Positions 49,565-60,568 of a DNA stretch of 64,000 nucleotides are shown one piece after another; within the stretch, counting starts at the first letter, position 1; every line of letters begins with the position of its first letter. Both the position numbers and the translations under genes were made by a program. The DNA lies in the NCBI GenBank assembly GCA_004299305.1, contig SCPZ01000109.1:44918-108917 (forward strand), in the 5' to 3' direction. A model generated the notes under the pieces. That model saw only the letters and a list, made by a program, of their open reading frames with translations. It made no database searches and was not told where the DNA came from. Source of the DNA: Methylobacter sp. (GTDB lineage: Bacteria > Pseudomonadota > Gammaproteobacteria > Methylococcales > Methylomonadaceae).

Positions 49565-51628
49565 ATGGCGTCGCGAAAGATCAACCAAATTGCATTAACG
49601 GTAAGCCTGCTGACTTCGGTGCAGGTACAAGCGGATAACAGCATAACGCTTGAATCTATGGATGAGGCCGTAAATCCCCCTTCTACTGAGGACTTATTGG
49701 CTATGCCGCTTGAACAAGTCATGGCATTAAACATCACCACATCCGTTAGCAAGAAGCAGCAAAACGTGAAAGACTCCGCGGCCGCTGTTTTTGTTATTTC
49801 AGCCGAAGATATTCGCCGTAGCGGAGCGACCAGCATTCCCGAAGCGCTTAGAATGGCGCCAGGCATACAGGTTGCACGCATCAATGCCAATCAATGGGCG
49901 GTCACTGTACGCGGATTTAATGAACGCACCAGTAACAAATTATTGGTATTAATGGACGGTAGAACCCTTTATGCGCCGATTTTTTCCGGAACGCTGTGGG
50001 AAACCCAGGATATGTTGCTGGAAAATATCGAGCGCATTGAGGTGATTCGCGGCCCTGGCGCGACTTTATGGGGCGCAAATGCGGTCAACGGGGTTATCAA
50101 TATCATCAGCAAAAATGCCAAAAAAACTCAGGGTGCTGAACTGAGTGTCACTGGGGGCGACGAACAGGTATTCGGCTCTGCTCGCTATGGTTTTCAAATC
50201 GATAAACATAGTTTTGGCAGGGTTCATGTTCAGAGTAAAAAACACGATAGTTACCTTAGCTCCAGCGGTGCGGATAATTATGATGGTTGGGATGCGCAAC
50301 AAGGCGGAATACAGTTGGATTTATCGGATGGCGATAATGATGCTGTGAAAATTCAGGGCAATTTTTTCCACGGCCAATTTAATGAGCAATCGCAAAGGCC
50401 AATGTTAACAGCCCCTTATTTTGATACGCAACGCAACCAACTGGACAGCTCCATGTTCAGCTTATTAAGCCGTTGGGATAAAACATTGTCTGCCGATTCC
50501 GACTTTTCCTTGCAGGCCTATTATGATTATCAACAACATGAATTTTTTCATCAGTCTAATTTTCATCAATTTGACCTGGATTTTCAGCACCATCTGAAAC
50601 TGACCGCTCGACATGATTTCATCTGGGGTGGGGGCTATCGTTTTATACAAGATCATTTAATTGAAAATGCCTATTATCAGTACCAACCTGGCAATCGTGC
50701 TTACCAATTGTTCAGTGGTTTTCTACAAGATGAAATGTCGTTGATTCCAGACCGGCTAAAATTCATTTTTGGCAGTAAATTGGAACATAATGATTTTTCC
50801 GGTTTTCAAGTTCAACCCAATGCACGGCTGATTTGGAGTCCTGACAGCCATCATAGTGTTTGGTCTGCCCTATCTAAGGCGGTAATGACGCCTAGCCGCA
50901 GCAAACAAGATTTAGATGTCTGGCTGGCTACTGAGCCGCCTTCGGAAGAAACCGGGAATTTACCGGTAAAAGTTACAGGCCAAGCGTCTTTACCAACAGA
51001 AAAATACAAAGCCGAAGATGTTTTAGCCTACGAGTCAGGCTATCATTTTCAGGCCTCAAAAGTGACTGCCGATGTTGCTTTGTTTTATAACGATTACAGT
51101 AGATTGCCGTTGCTCATGACAGGAGCGCCTAATCTTACGGCATCTGAAGCCGGTACGCCTTATATACTGCTTCCAGTGGGCTTGACCAATGGCGTAAAAG
51201 GTTACACCTATGGCTCCGAAGTATCGGGCACTTGGCAAGCAACTGATTTTTGGAAATTAAATTTAAGCTACGGTTATCTTGCTGCAAGATTTAAACGACC
51301 GGATGGCAGCATTCATCCGTTTACTGATGAAAACCCACAAAATCAATTCAGCTTACGCTCATCTTTTGATGTTTTAGATAATGTGGAGTTGGATTTATGG
51401 TTTAGATATGTCGATAAATTAGCCGCTATCAACACCAAGCCGGTAGCCGCTTACACCAGTCTTAACCTGCGCCTGGCGTATAAACCGATACCAAAATTAG
51501 AATTTTCGCTAGTCGGTAATAATTTACTCGAAAATCACCTTGAGTTTAATCCCGATTTATTGCTGGGGGGAGGGAATAACAGTGTGCTGGAGAGGCACTT
51601 TTATTTTAAAACCCGCTTGGATTTTTAA
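49565..51628 (+). CDS. TonB-dependent receptor of the YfiR-associated (signalling) subfamily
   Basis: LLAMPLEQVMALNITTSVSKK, IRRSGATSIPEALRMAPG, IERIEVIRGPGATLWGANAVNGVINII, C-terminal F. Confidence 0.92.
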   Translation: MASRKINQIALTVSLLTSVQVQADNSITLESMDEAVNPPSTEDLLAMPLEQVMALNITTSVSKKQQNVKDSAAAVFVISAEDIRRSGATSIPEALRMAPGIQVARINANQWAVTVRGFNERTSNKLLVLMDGRTLYAPIFSGTLWETQDMLLENIERIEVIRGPGATLWGANAVNGVINIISKNAKKTQGAELSVTGGDEQVFGSARYGFQIDKHSFGRVHVQSKKHDSYLSSSGADNYDGWDAQQGGIQLDLSDGDNDAVKIQGNFFHGQFNEQSQRPMLTAPYFDTQRNQLDSSMFSLLSRWDKTLSADSDFSLQAYYDYQQHEFFHQSNFHQFDLDFQHHLKLTARHDFIWGGGYRFIQDHLIENAYYQYQPGNRAYQLFSGFLQDEMSLIPDRLKFIFGSKLEHNDFSGFQVQPNARLIWSPDSHHSVWSALSKAVMTPSRSKQDLDVWLATEPPSEETGNLPVKVTGQASLPTEKYKAEDVLAYESGYHFQASKVTADVALFYNDYSRLPLLMTGAPNLTASEAGTPYILLPVGLTNGVKGYTYGSEVSGTWQATDFWKLNLSYGYLAARFKRPDGSIHPFTDENPQNQFSLRSSFDVLDNVELDLWFRYVDKLAAINTKPVAAYTSLNLRLAYKPIPKLEFSLVGNNLLENHLEFNPDLLLGGGNNSVLERHFYFKTRLDF

Positions 51629-51747
51629 TTCTTGAAGCATTTTTTTTCAACATTATTCGGACAGGTAGATGGCCGCACCATTACAACAATAACTCAGTCG
51701 CGCCTTCAAGCAGACCGACTCAATGGCCTAATTGCCGACCGATAATT

Positions 51748-52477
51748 ATGCTATGTTGTAACTTGGCTTTAGGTAACGCGCAGACAATAAACTACCTCTT
51801 GACACCTTGGCAGCTAGAAAAATAGAACACGGATGACACAGATAAGACGGATTTACACGGATTTTTTAGAATATTCTGCGCTTTTAATCAGTGATTATCC
51901 GTCCTATTCTGTGTCGCCTAGAGGCGACTACTTTTGGTATCCGTGTTCTATTGTATTTAACACGGTATTTTATTTATTGCGAGTTGCCTTAGTCGTGTCG
52001 GCTGTCTTGTGTCCATGGAATTACAGCGCTGCCGAAGAGTCGACCGGTCGGGAATTGCAAATTAAGGTTGCGTATTTATATCATTTTACCAAGTTCACCG
52101 AATGGCCGTCCGTATCGCCGGTTTTTCATTACTGTGTTTACGAGGATGCTGATTTTACTAATTTGTTACGGCAAAGCTACAGCAATAAAACCATAGGCGA
52201 AGCGAGCATTGAGGTCAAAAATATCAACGCCCAAACCAAGCTGGACGACTGTCAATTGATTTATTTTTCTCAAGCTGTGCCTGCCGGTTTCTTGGAAAAG
52301 ATCGGTAAACTCGCTATCTTATCGGTTGGCTCGCAGCAAGATTTTACAGAATTAGGGGGAATTATTTACCTGTTTGAAGAAGATCAAAAATTGCGTTTTT
52401 TTGTGAATAATGCAGCGGCAAGCAATGTCGGCTTGAAAATCAGCTCACAATTGATCAAGCTTTCCAAGGAACCCTAA
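51748..52477 (+). CDS. YfiR-family (DUF4154) periplasmic protein whose signal peptide is interrupted by a MITE
   Basis: ELQIKVAYLYHFTKFTEWP, LRFFVNNAA..GLKISSQLIKLS. Removing 51772-51991 gives in-frame MLCCNLALVVSAVLCPWNYSAA. Confidence 0.85.
51772..51988. mobile_element. F2 MITE with CACGGAT/ATCCGTG cargo
   Basis: TTA duplicated at 51769-71 and 51989-91; right IR TATTTATTGCGAGTTGCC, left IR degenerate GGTAACGCGCAGACAATAAA. Confidence 0.85.
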
Positions 52478-55400
52478 TGCTACCTAATCGATCGATTAAA
52501 TTTAAATTGATGTTCATTACGGTTTTTAGCAGCACTGTTGCGTTGCTGGCATTTAGCGCGGTTTTATTTTTTTATGAGCTAACATTCGTTGAAAAAAACT
52601 TGATCAACGCCTTGCAGACTCAAGCCGATATCATCACGGAAAATAGCCTGGCTTCGCTGGCTTTTATGGATGAGTCCACCACCAAAAAAACCCTGAGCGC
52701 ATTACGATATAACTCCGATATTCTTTATGCGGGCATCTATGATAAATCGCAAAATCTATTAGCGAGTTATCAAAAAAACGCATACCAAACGCCTGTGATT
52801 TTATCTGCCGACGACTTGCATAATGGCGTGCAATTTATAAAAAGCGAACATTTTTTTCAAATAATCCAAGCGGTGCGATTGGATAATGAATTACTCGGCT
52901 ATTTGCTGTTACGCGGAAGTTTTGAATCGCTTTATAACAAACTTTACAGCTTTGCGTTAACCGTTCTACTGGCATTTGGCATAGCCTTGCTGGTTGCTTT
53001 GTCCATGTCGCTACGCTTACAGCGGATTATTTCCCAACCTATTATTCGGGTTGCTAAATTTATTAATCGTGTCACCGAATCGAAAACCTATACGGTGCGG
53101 GCAAAAAAAGAAACTAACGATGAATTAGGGCTTTTAGTTGTCGCATTTAACCGGATGCTTGAACAACTTGATGCCAGCCTGCAAAAACGCGATGAAGCGG
53201 AACAAGCATTGGCGCATCATTTAGAACATTTGCAAGAGACCATAAACGAGCAAACCAAGGATTTACAGCTGGTGGCGGCAACTGCTGAGGCGGCAAATCG
53301 CGCCAAATCGAACTTTCTCGCCAATATGAGTCATGAAATTCGCACCCCGATGAATGCCATCATGGGCATGACCCATTTGGCCTTGCAAAGCGAGTTAACG
53401 GCAAAGCAGCGCAATTATCTGGATAAAATCGACACCTCAGCCAAATGGTTGTTGGGCGTACTCAACGATATTCTTGATTTCTCCAAGCTTGAGGCCGGCA
53501 AACTCAAACTGGAACACGCAGAGTTCAGGCTTGAAACAGTCATGCAGTATTTGTCCGACGTCACATCGTCGCTGCTGGAAGCCAAACCATTGACGCTGAA
53601 TTTCGAGGTTGAGCCTGATGTGCCGACGGCATTGATTGGCGATTCGCTACGACTGGGGCAGGTGTTGCTCAACTTGTTGAGCAATGCAATCAAATTTACC
53701 GAACAGGGCAGCGTGACCATACAGGTGCAGTTGCTGGCCTTTGAGGAAAAACAGGCGTATTTGCGCTTTGGTGTTATCGATACCGGCATCGGCTTGAGCG
53801 AAGAACAACAAGACCACTTGTTTGAGGCTTTCAATCAAGCCGATAACTCAACCACTCGCAAATACGGCGGCACGGGTTTGGGTTTGGCTATCAGTAAGGA
53901 CCTGGTGACAGCTATGGGCGGCACTATCGGCATCGAAAGCCGTTTGGGATTTGGCAGCACCTTTTATTTCACTGTCCTTCTGGATGTGCAGCCCTTGACT
54001 GCGCTCAATCCGCCGCCTCCGCAAACACTTACGCCCGCCCCCTGTCTTAGGTTGAACGATGTGTATCTGCTGTTGGTGGAAGATAACATCCCTATTCAGG
54101 AGATGATGCTGGAAATATTGAGTCATAACGGTATTGTTAAGGTTGACCTTGCAGGTAACGGCGCCGAAGCTGTCAAGTTGGTTGGCGAGCATGACTACTC
54201 AGTGGTGCTAATGGACTGTCAGATGCCGGTGATGGATGGTTTTGAAGCCACCCGTCTCATCCGTGCCGACTCGCGTTTTGCCGATCTGCCGATTATTGCG
54301 ATGACGGGCAACGTAATGACTGAAAATCAAGATCGTTGTCTCGCCTGCGGTATGAATGATTTTATTAGCAAGCCGATTGAGAGTGAGCTTTTTTTCCAAA
54401 CCTTGGCGCGTTGGGTCAAATCCGCCGATCGTCAACCCATTCCTACAACCCCAAGCAGTGATATAAACATCGGGCCGGGCAAGTATCCGATGTTGGAAAA
54501 TACCTACCTGCTGCTGGTGGATGATAATCCGGTCAATCGGGAGATGATGCCTGAAATACTGGGATATGAAGGCATTCGGGTTGATCTTGCAGGCAACGGC
54601 GCCGAAGCCATTACGATGATTGGCGAGCATGACTACTCGGCGGTGCTAATGGACTGCCAGATGCCGGTGATGGATGGTTTTGAAGCCACCCGTATTATTC
54701 GTGCCGATCCGCGTTTTACTAACCTGCCTATCATTGCGATGACAGGCAATATAATGACTGAAAATCGAGATCGTTGTCTCGCCTGCGGTATGAACGATCA
54801 TATTGCCAAGCCGTTTGATTGGGATCTGTTTTTTCAAACTTTGGTGCGCTGGGTTAAACCGCAAAATACAGTTGGCTTGGTTAAGGTGATCGAGAATCTA
54901 TCGGGCATGGACTTGGTATTTCCGGTGTTGACGGGGATAGACCAGGATGCAGCGAAAACGCTAACAGGCAACGATGTTGCGTTGTACCGAAAAATGCTGA
55001 TCCTGTTTCGCGCCAACCACGCCGATGACATCGCGCTGATCGGTGCGGCCTATCGGGCAGGGGATAACAAAACAGCTGAGCGCCTTGCCCACAAGCTGAT
55101 GGGGGGCGCTAACTCGATAGCAATGCCCCGGTTTTCCGGCTTGATTATAGAGCTGGAACAGGCCCTTAAGCAGTATAACGATATAGCGATGGAGTCCCTG
55201 CTGGAAAAAACCGGCGCTGTTTTGGCTGGACTGGTCAATGAGATTGACCGACTCCTGTTTCCGTTCAGCGAGATTGCAACGCTGCCGCAGGTTGTGGCCG
55301 AAGTAGTCGCCCTGCTTGCCACCGACTGTTTTGTCAGCGACGAACTGCTCAGCCAAGTCAAAATGCTTTTTCCCGATAACCAGCTGTCAAGTTACAACAG

Positions 55401-57192
55401 GCTGGTTCAGCATATTCTCGACACCGATTACGCTAAGGCCCAAGCTGTTTTAAACGCACAACTGGGGTTGTCGAATGAAAAAGTTGAAATAACAGCTCAA
55501 GACCGGCGGCCCACTATTTTGGTTGTTGATGATAAGCGCGTCAATCGGGAGATACTGGTTTCTTTTCTTAATCATGATTACCAAGTCAAAGTGGCCTGCA
55601 ATGGGCAAAGAGCGTTGGATATTGCCCAGCATTCCCTGCATACCGACCTCATTTTGCTTGATATTGACATGCCAAAAATGGATGGTTACGAAGTATTGAG
55701 ACGGTTGCAAGAGAACTTGCGTACCCGCGATATTCCGGTCATTTTCGTAACCGCAGCGTCCGATAAGGAATCTGAAACATACGGTCTGCAATTGGGAGCT
55801 GTGGATTACATCGCCAAGCCCATCAGCCCCGATATTGTATTGCTGCGGGTGCGCAACCAGGTGCTGCTCAAACAACACGAAAAGGAATTGAAGCGGAGCG
55901 CCCATTATGACTCATTAACAGGCATTCCCAACCGGGTTCTGTTGGCTGAGCGTATGAAACAGGCTATAGCGCAGACTAAACGCGAGCAAAAAATGTTGGG
56001 GGTTTGTTACCTGGATCTCGATGGTTTTAAACTGGTTAACGATACCTTTGGACATCAAGTCGGCGACCACGTATTGAATGCAATTGCCCGGCGCATCGGC
56101 AGTATCCTTCGTAAATCCGACACCGTCGCCCGTCTGGGTGGCGATGAGTTTGTGATATTGCTGCCTGATTTGAGTTGTGAGGAAGAATGTACAGCCAGCC
56201 TGATGCGAGTTCTTGAAATCATCGCTCAGCCTATTGTTATCCAGGACCGGTCGATTTCCCTAGGAGCCAGCATCGGAGTCAGTATTTTCCCTGGGGACGA
56301 TAACGATCCTGACGTACTATTACGTCATGCCGACCAAGCCATGTATGTCGCCAAACAATTGGGTAAGAACCGTTATCATCTCTTCGATCCCTCGTATGAA
56401 CAGAAAAGTCGATCCTGCCATGAGATTATGTTACGTATCGAGCAGGGACTGGATAACCAAGAATTTGAGTTTTACTATCAGCCCAAGGTTGATTTGGTCA
56501 CCCGAAAGGTTGTCTGCGCAGAAGCGCTTATTCGTTGGAATCATCCAGAGCGCGGTTTGCTGTTGCCGGACGATTTCCTAAATAACATCTGCCATTCGGA
56601 ACTGGAAATCAGATTGGGCGAGTGGGCGATTGACACTGCCCTGAGTCAGCTCATGCAATGGCGCGAAGCAGGTTTTGCAATGGATGTTTCCGTTAACATT
56701 GCCGCTTGTCACCTGCAATCGGAAGGATTCGTGGAATACCTCGAACGCTCTTTAGCCGGTTATCCTGAACTGCCGGTTGGTTGTTTGCATATTGAAATAT
56801 TGGAAACAGCGGCCATCGAAGATTTCGCCAAAGTGTCGGCGACTATGGAGGCCTGTCGGTTGAAAGGCGTTCGGTTTGCCCTGGATGATTTTGGCACCGG
56901 CTATTCCTCGCTCTCGTATTTGCACAGTTTACCGGTGGATACGCTCAAGATTGACCAATCTTTTGTCCGCGATATGCTGGTGGATAAAGGCGACAAAGCC
57001 ATTGTACAGGCGATTATCGTGTTGGCGAAAACCTTTGGCCTCAGTACAGTGGCGGAGGGTATTGAGACTATGGAGCAATTCGACGCTCTACTGGTTATGG
57101 GCTGCGAGTTTGGCCAGGGCTACGCCATTGCAAGTCCGATGTCGGCAGCCGCTTTTGTTGCTGAAAATAGACGGTTTTTGATGCAAACCTAG
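52477..57192 (+). CDS. 1571-aa hybrid: periplasmic sensor-HAMP-HisKA-HATPase-REC-REC-HPt-REC-GGDEF-EAL
   Basis: [12 protein letters not shown] (HAMP), [22 protein letters not shown], two [14 protein letters not shown] (HPt), [36 protein letters not shown]. Confidence 0.95.
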   Translation: MLPNRSIKFKLMFITVFSSTVALLAFSAVLFFYELTFVEKNLINALQTQADIITENSLASLAFMDESTTKKTLSALRYNSDILYAGIYDKSQNLLASYQKNAYQTPVILSADDLHNGVQFIKSEHFFQIIQAVRLDNELLGYLLLRGSFESLYNKLYSFALTVLLAFGIALLVALSMSLRLQRIISQPIIRVAKFINRVTESKTYTVRAKKETNDELGLLVVAFNRMLEQLDASLQKRDEAEQALAHHLEHLQETINEQTKDLQLVAATAEAANRAKSNFLANMSHEIRTPMNAIMGMTHLALQSELTAKQRNYLDKIDTSAKWLLGVLNDILDFSKLEAGKLKLEHAEFRLETVMQYLSDVTSSLLEAKPLTLNFEVEPDVPTALIGDSLRLGQVLLNLLSNAIKFTEQGSVTIQVQLLAFEEKQAYLRFGVIDTGIGLSEEQQDHLFEAFNQADNSTTRKYGGTGLGLAISKDLVTAMGGTIGIESRLGFGSTFYFTVLLDVQPLTALNPPPPQTLTPAPCLRLNDVYLLLVEDNIPIQEMMLEILSHNGIVKVDLAGNGAEAVKLVGEHDYSVVLMDCQMPVMDGFEATRLIRADSRFADLPIIAMTGNVMTENQDRCLACGMNDFISKPIESELFFQTLARWVKSADRQPIPTTPSSDINIGPGKYPMLENTYLLLVDDNPVNREMMPEILGYEGIRVDLAGNGAEAITMIGEHDYSAVLMDCQMPVMDGFEATRIIRADPRFTNLPIIAMTGNIMTENRDRCLACGMNDHIAKPFDWDLFFQTLVRWVKPQNTVGLVKVIENLSGMDLVFPVLTGIDQDAAKTLTGNDVALYRKMLILFRANHADDIALIGAAYRAGDNKTAERLAHKLMGGANSIAMPRFSGLIIELEQALKQYNDIAMESLLEKTGAVLAGLVNEIDRLLFPFSEIATLPQVVAEVVALLATDCFVSDELLSQVKMLFPDNQLSSYNRLVQHILDTDYAKAQAVLNAQLGLSNEKVEITAQDRRPTILVVDDKRVNREILVSFLNHDYQVKVACNGQRALDIAQHSLHTDLILLDIDMPKMDGYEVLRRLQENLRTRDIPVIFVTAASDKESETYGLQLGAVDYIAKPISPDIVLLRVRNQVLLKQHEKELKRSAHYDSLTGIPNRVLLAERMKQAIAQTKREQKMLGVCYLDLDGFKLVNDTFGHQVGDHVLNAIARRIGSILRKSDTVARLGGDEFVILLPDLSCEEECTASLMRVLEIIAQPIVIQDRSISLGASIGVSIFPGDDNDPDVLLRHADQAMYVAKQLGKNRYHLFDPSYEQKSRSCHEIMLRIEQGLDNQEFEFYYQPKVDLVTRKVVCAEALIRWNHPERGLLLPDDFLNNICHSELEIRLGEWAIDTALSQLMQWREAGFAMDVSVNIAACHLQSEGFVEYLERSLAGYPELPVGCLHIEILETAAIEDFAKVSATMEACRLKGVRFALDDFGTGYSSLSYLHSLPVDTLKIDQSFVRDMLVDKGDKAIVQAIIVLAKTFGLSTVAEGIETMEQFDALLVMGCEFGQGYAIASPMSAAAFVAENRRFLMQT

Positions 57193-57323
57193 CAAGGGTT
57201 AGAAAGTTACAGGGTAACTACTTCTATACTCGACAAAAGCCGCAATCCGTACCCGTGTCGAATATAATTTCATGCTCTTCGTGGGTACTAAAAAATGTTA
57301 ATTGACTTTTGAACGACTACTTA

Positions 57324-57674
57324 GGCAACTCGCAATAAATACCCCTTAGCCCGAATAGTTCCCACGCCGGAGCGCTCATCGTTATACACAAGTATTTCAA
57401 AGCACGTCATCCCGGCAGGGATTGCCGGGATCCAGAAGCCATGGATGGCATGCTGAAGTAGGCAACAAGTCTCGCTACAGGAGTTGCTCAATGAAATCAA
57501 GCATTCACATCCCTGTGCTCTCGGCAACTGCTCCTGCGTTGCTCTACCTCCTGCATCCTTGCAGTCGTGGATCCCGACAATCTGCCGGGATGACGGTGTC
57601 TCCCAGACACTTGTGTATAACGATGAGCGCCGGAGCGTGGGAACGATAAGGGGGATTATTTATTGCGAGTTACC
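57324..57674. mobile_element. Multi-layer nested F2 MITE, 351 bp
   Basis: TTA duplication at 57321-23 and 57675-77. Inner IRs GTTCCCACG..CTCATCGTTATACACAAGT / ACTTGTGTATAACGATGAG..CGTGGGAAC, then GTCATCCCGGCA / CCGGGATGAC, then the CTACCTCCTGCATCC module. Confidence 0.88.
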
Positions 57675-57742
57675 TTAGTTACGTTACAGGTATGCGTTGT
57701 AAATTTGCTTTGTCAATATAACGCCCTATAATTGCGCCTTGC

Positions 57743-57928
57743 TTTCAGGTTCCAGAGGGTTTTTCAGACCTAATGGTTAAACGGGAAGTCGGTAAGGTTT
57801 AGACCAAATCCGACGCTGCCCCCGCAACGGTATATAAGTAAAAGCTTCATCGGGATGCCACTGTGCTTACGCATGGGAAGGTGATGATTCAGGTTAACGC
57901 CACTTATAAGCCCGGAGACCGGCCCGAA
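57743..57928 (+). ncRNA. Cobalamin (B12) riboswitch
   Basis: AAACGGGAAGTCGGT..AATCCGACGCTGCCCCCGCAACGGTA, GCCACTG..GGGAAGG and AAGCCCGGAGACCGGCC, upstream of a BtuB-like gene. Confidence 0.95.
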
Positions 57929-58058
57929 AGTGTAATTCGGTACAGCGGAGGGCTGTCAGCGAAAATGACAGTCCCCAGCTCCGCGTCATCTCTCGTTTTC
58001 TTTAGTCCTCTGTTGTGTAAATCAACCATCATGCGCGGGCGGCGCAGAGAGGACAACC

Positions 58059-59882
58059 ATGCAAAAACTCATTTTCGGCTCATTATTTCTCACGGGTTTT
58101 AATACCCAGTTACATGCGCAGGAAACTGTGCAAAACCTCCCTGATATGCTAGTTACGGCCACACGAACACAGACGGCTAAAAACCAGCTGTCGGCTGCGG
58201 CGACCGTATATACTCGAAAAGACATTGAACGCCTCCAAGCTAAAACCTTGCCTGAACTGTTACGCGGTACGACTGGGATCGACATGGCACAAAGCGGCGG
58301 TTACGGGAAAGATACCAATATTTACCTGCGCGGAACTAATTCCGACCATGTACTGGTGTTGATTGACGGCATTAAGGTCGGCTCTATTACTTCCGGCACG
58401 ACCCCCTTTCAACTCATTCCTATCGACCAGATCGAGCGGGTGGAAATTATTCGAGGGCCTCAATCGAGTCTATACGGTTCTGAAGCGATAGGCGGGGTTA
58501 TCCAGGTTTTTACCCGCAAAGGCGGGCAGGAGGATAAGCCCAGCGTTACTATGGATGCAGGCGGCGGCTCTTATGATACTTACCGCGCTGCCGGTTCTGT
58601 CAGCGGTCAATGGAAAAACAGCTGGTATAGCTTGGCTTCGTCGCAGTTTGGTTCCCAGGGTTTTAATGCTCGGCAGCCTATTAAAGGTTTAAACCAACCC
58701 GACCAGGACGGTTACCTGAACACGGCGCTGAATGCCCGCTTAGGTCATCGGTTTAACAACAATGCCGAAATTGAGGCGTTTTTTATGCGGGCTGAAGGGA
58801 AAAACGAATATGACGGTACTTTCCAAAATAAGACGGAATTTGTAGAGCAAACCGTTGGCACTACAGCCGTCATGAACATTGTCGATAACTGGCGCTCAAT
58901 ACTGCGCTTGGGGCAAAGCCGCGACGAAGGAGACAACTTTGCGCCTAACGGGGCCTTTTCCAGCAGCTTTAACAGCACCCGTTGGAATGCTAGCTGGCTG
59001 AATGAAGTTGCATTGTCCGATAATCATCAACTGGTTATTGGCTCCGACTACCGTTTGGATCAGGTCGACAGCTCAACCGTCTACAATGAAAGTTCCCGCT
59101 ATGATGCGGGCATTTTTACCGAATTGCACAGTTGCATTCTAAATGGTCATTTTATCAACGCATCGGTACGCGGAGATAAAAATGAAGCTTTTGGCGAGCA
59201 GCTGACCGGCAACTTCGGCTGGCGATATAACGGAAACTACGGTATCAGCCCGTTTGCCAGCTTTGGCAATGCGTTTAAAGCGCCGACCTTTAATCAGCTT
59301 TATTTTCCAGGGTTCGGTAATCCCTCGCTGAAAGCCGAGCAATCGACGTCTTTCGAAGCGGGGCTGGCCGGTGACCATGATTGGCTGCAATGGGAACTTC
59401 GCGGCTATCATACCAATATCGATAATTTGATCGTGAACGTCACCAACCCGACAACCTTTCTATTCAGCGCGGAAAATATCGGTAAAGCGCAAATTGACGG
59501 TATTGAAGCTGAGATCGGAACTCAGTTGATGGGCTGGAGCAACAAATTGAACATGAACCTGTTAAGCCCTAAAAGCAGGGAGTCCGATCTGCGGCTGCCG
59601 CGCCGGGCCGAAAAAACCTTGTCTTATGATTTATATCGTTCATTCGGACAGTTCGATCTAGGCGCCAATGTACTGGCCCAAGCCGAGCGTTTTGACGATA
59701 CATTGAACAAAACCAAGGTCGCCGGTTATGTAACTGTCGATTTACGTACAGCCTACCATTTAAATAAAAACTGGATGCTGAGTGCAAAGCTGAACAACCT
59801 GTTGGATAAACCCTATCAAACAATCAACACCTACAATAGCGCAGACCGGAATTTCTTTCTTTCAATCCACTACAACAACTAA
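58059..59882 (+). CDS. btuB: Vitamin B12 TonB-dependent receptor BtuB
   Basis: DMLVTATR TonB box, SGGYGKDTNIYLRGTNSDHVLVLIDG, GPQSSLYGSEAIGGVIQVFT; lies under a B12 riboswitch. Confidence 0.93.
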   Translation: MQKLIFGSLFLTGFNTQLHAQETVQNLPDMLVTATRTQTAKNQLSAAATVYTRKDIERLQAKTLPELLRGTTGIDMAQSGGYGKDTNIYLRGTNSDHVLVLIDGIKVGSITSGTTPFQLIPIDQIERVEIIRGPQSSLYGSEAIGGVIQVFTRKGGQEDKPSVTMDAGGGSYDTYRAAGSVSGQWKNSWYSLASSQFGSQGFNARQPIKGLNQPDQDGYLNTALNARLGHRFNNNAEIEAFFMRAEGKNEYDGTFQNKTEFVEQTVGTTAVMNIVDNWRSILRLGQSRDEGDNFAPNGAFSSSFNSTRWNASWLNEVALSDNHQLVIGSDYRLDQVDSSTVYNESSRYDAGIFTELHSCILNGHFINASVRGDKNEAFGEQLTGNFGWRYNGNYGISPFASFGNAFKAPTFNQLYFPGFGNPSLKAEQSTSFEAGLAGDHDWLQWELRGYHTNIDNLIVNVTNPTTFLFSAENIGKAQIDGIEAEIGTQLMGWSNKLNMNLLSPKSRESDLRLPRRAEKTLSYDLYRSFGQFDLGANVLAQAERFDDTLNKTKVAGYVTVDLRTAYHLNKNWMLSAKLNNLLDKPYQTINTYNSADRNFFLSIHYNN

Positions 59883-59902
59883 TCTTTAAGAGGAACAACA
59901 TT

Positions 59903-60472
59903 ATGAACATGAAACAATGGCTGCAAGTCGAGTATTTACCTATTTCCCTGATTGCGTTGATGGTGCTGACACGCTTTCACCATTTTGGTGATGTATTGCA
60001 TCTGCCCGATGCTTCATTGGCCGCTTTTTTCTTTGCCGGTTTTTACCGCAAAAAGATCTTGTTTCCCTTTTTGCTGGTTCTGGCCGGATTGATTGACACC
60101 ATCGCCATCGCAAACGGCGTCAGCAGCTGGTGTGTATCGCCCGCCTACGTTTTCCTGATTCCTACCTATGCGGTCATGTGGTTTGCGGGGCGCTATTGCT
60201 CGACGTTTAAATCGTTGAAAATCACTGAACTGGCAATGCAGTTTGGCGTGGTGACGCTGGCGACATCGATTGCATTTGCTATTTCAAACGGCAGCTTCTA
60301 TGTGTTTTCAGGTCGTTATCTGGATATATCCTGGGCTCAGTATTTTGCACGGGTAGCCCTGTATTATCCGCCTTATGTCAGTTCCGCCCTGCTTTATGCG
60401 GTTTTGGGTTATGGTATTATGACGTTGGTCAAGGCATTCCCTGCTTTAGCGATTGGACATAAAGACGTCTAA
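59903..60472 (+). CDS. btuM: BtuM-type solitary S-component cobalamin transporter
   Basis: LTRFHHFG..LPDAS, ID.IAI, WCVSPAY, FYVFSGRY match the recalled Thiobacillus denitrificans BtuM motifs (TRSHHW, LPDAS, CVSPAY, FYSGRF). Confidence 0.88.
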   Translation: MNMKQWLQVEYLPISLIALMVLTRFHHFGDVLHLPDASLAAFFFAGFYRKKILFPFLLVLAGLIDTIAIANGVSSWCVSPAYVFLIPTYAVMWFAGRYCSTFKSLKITELAMQFGVVTLATSIAFAISNGSFYVFSGRYLDISWAQYFARVALYYPPYVSSALLYAVLGYGIMTLVKAFPALAIGHKDV

Positions 60473-60501
60473 AAGATCAAGCAGTGCAAGGTATTATTTT
60501 C

Positions 60502-60526
60502 AAGCCTCCGGCTTTGTCGGAGGTTT
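60502..60526. terminator. Terminator hairpin after btuM
   Basis: AAGCCTCCGGC-TTT-GTCGGAGGTTT followed by Ts. Confidence 0.7.
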
Positions 60527-60568
60527 TTGGCCTGGGGGTGTCTATGTGATTTAAGACGGAACAACCAA

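Noticed and set aside
48480-57649. Recurring LYLLHPCSR peptide in small ORFs (42735, 48480, 57422)
   Set aside because: It is a translation of the CTACCTCCTGCATCC repeat module, not a RiPP core or a protein domain.
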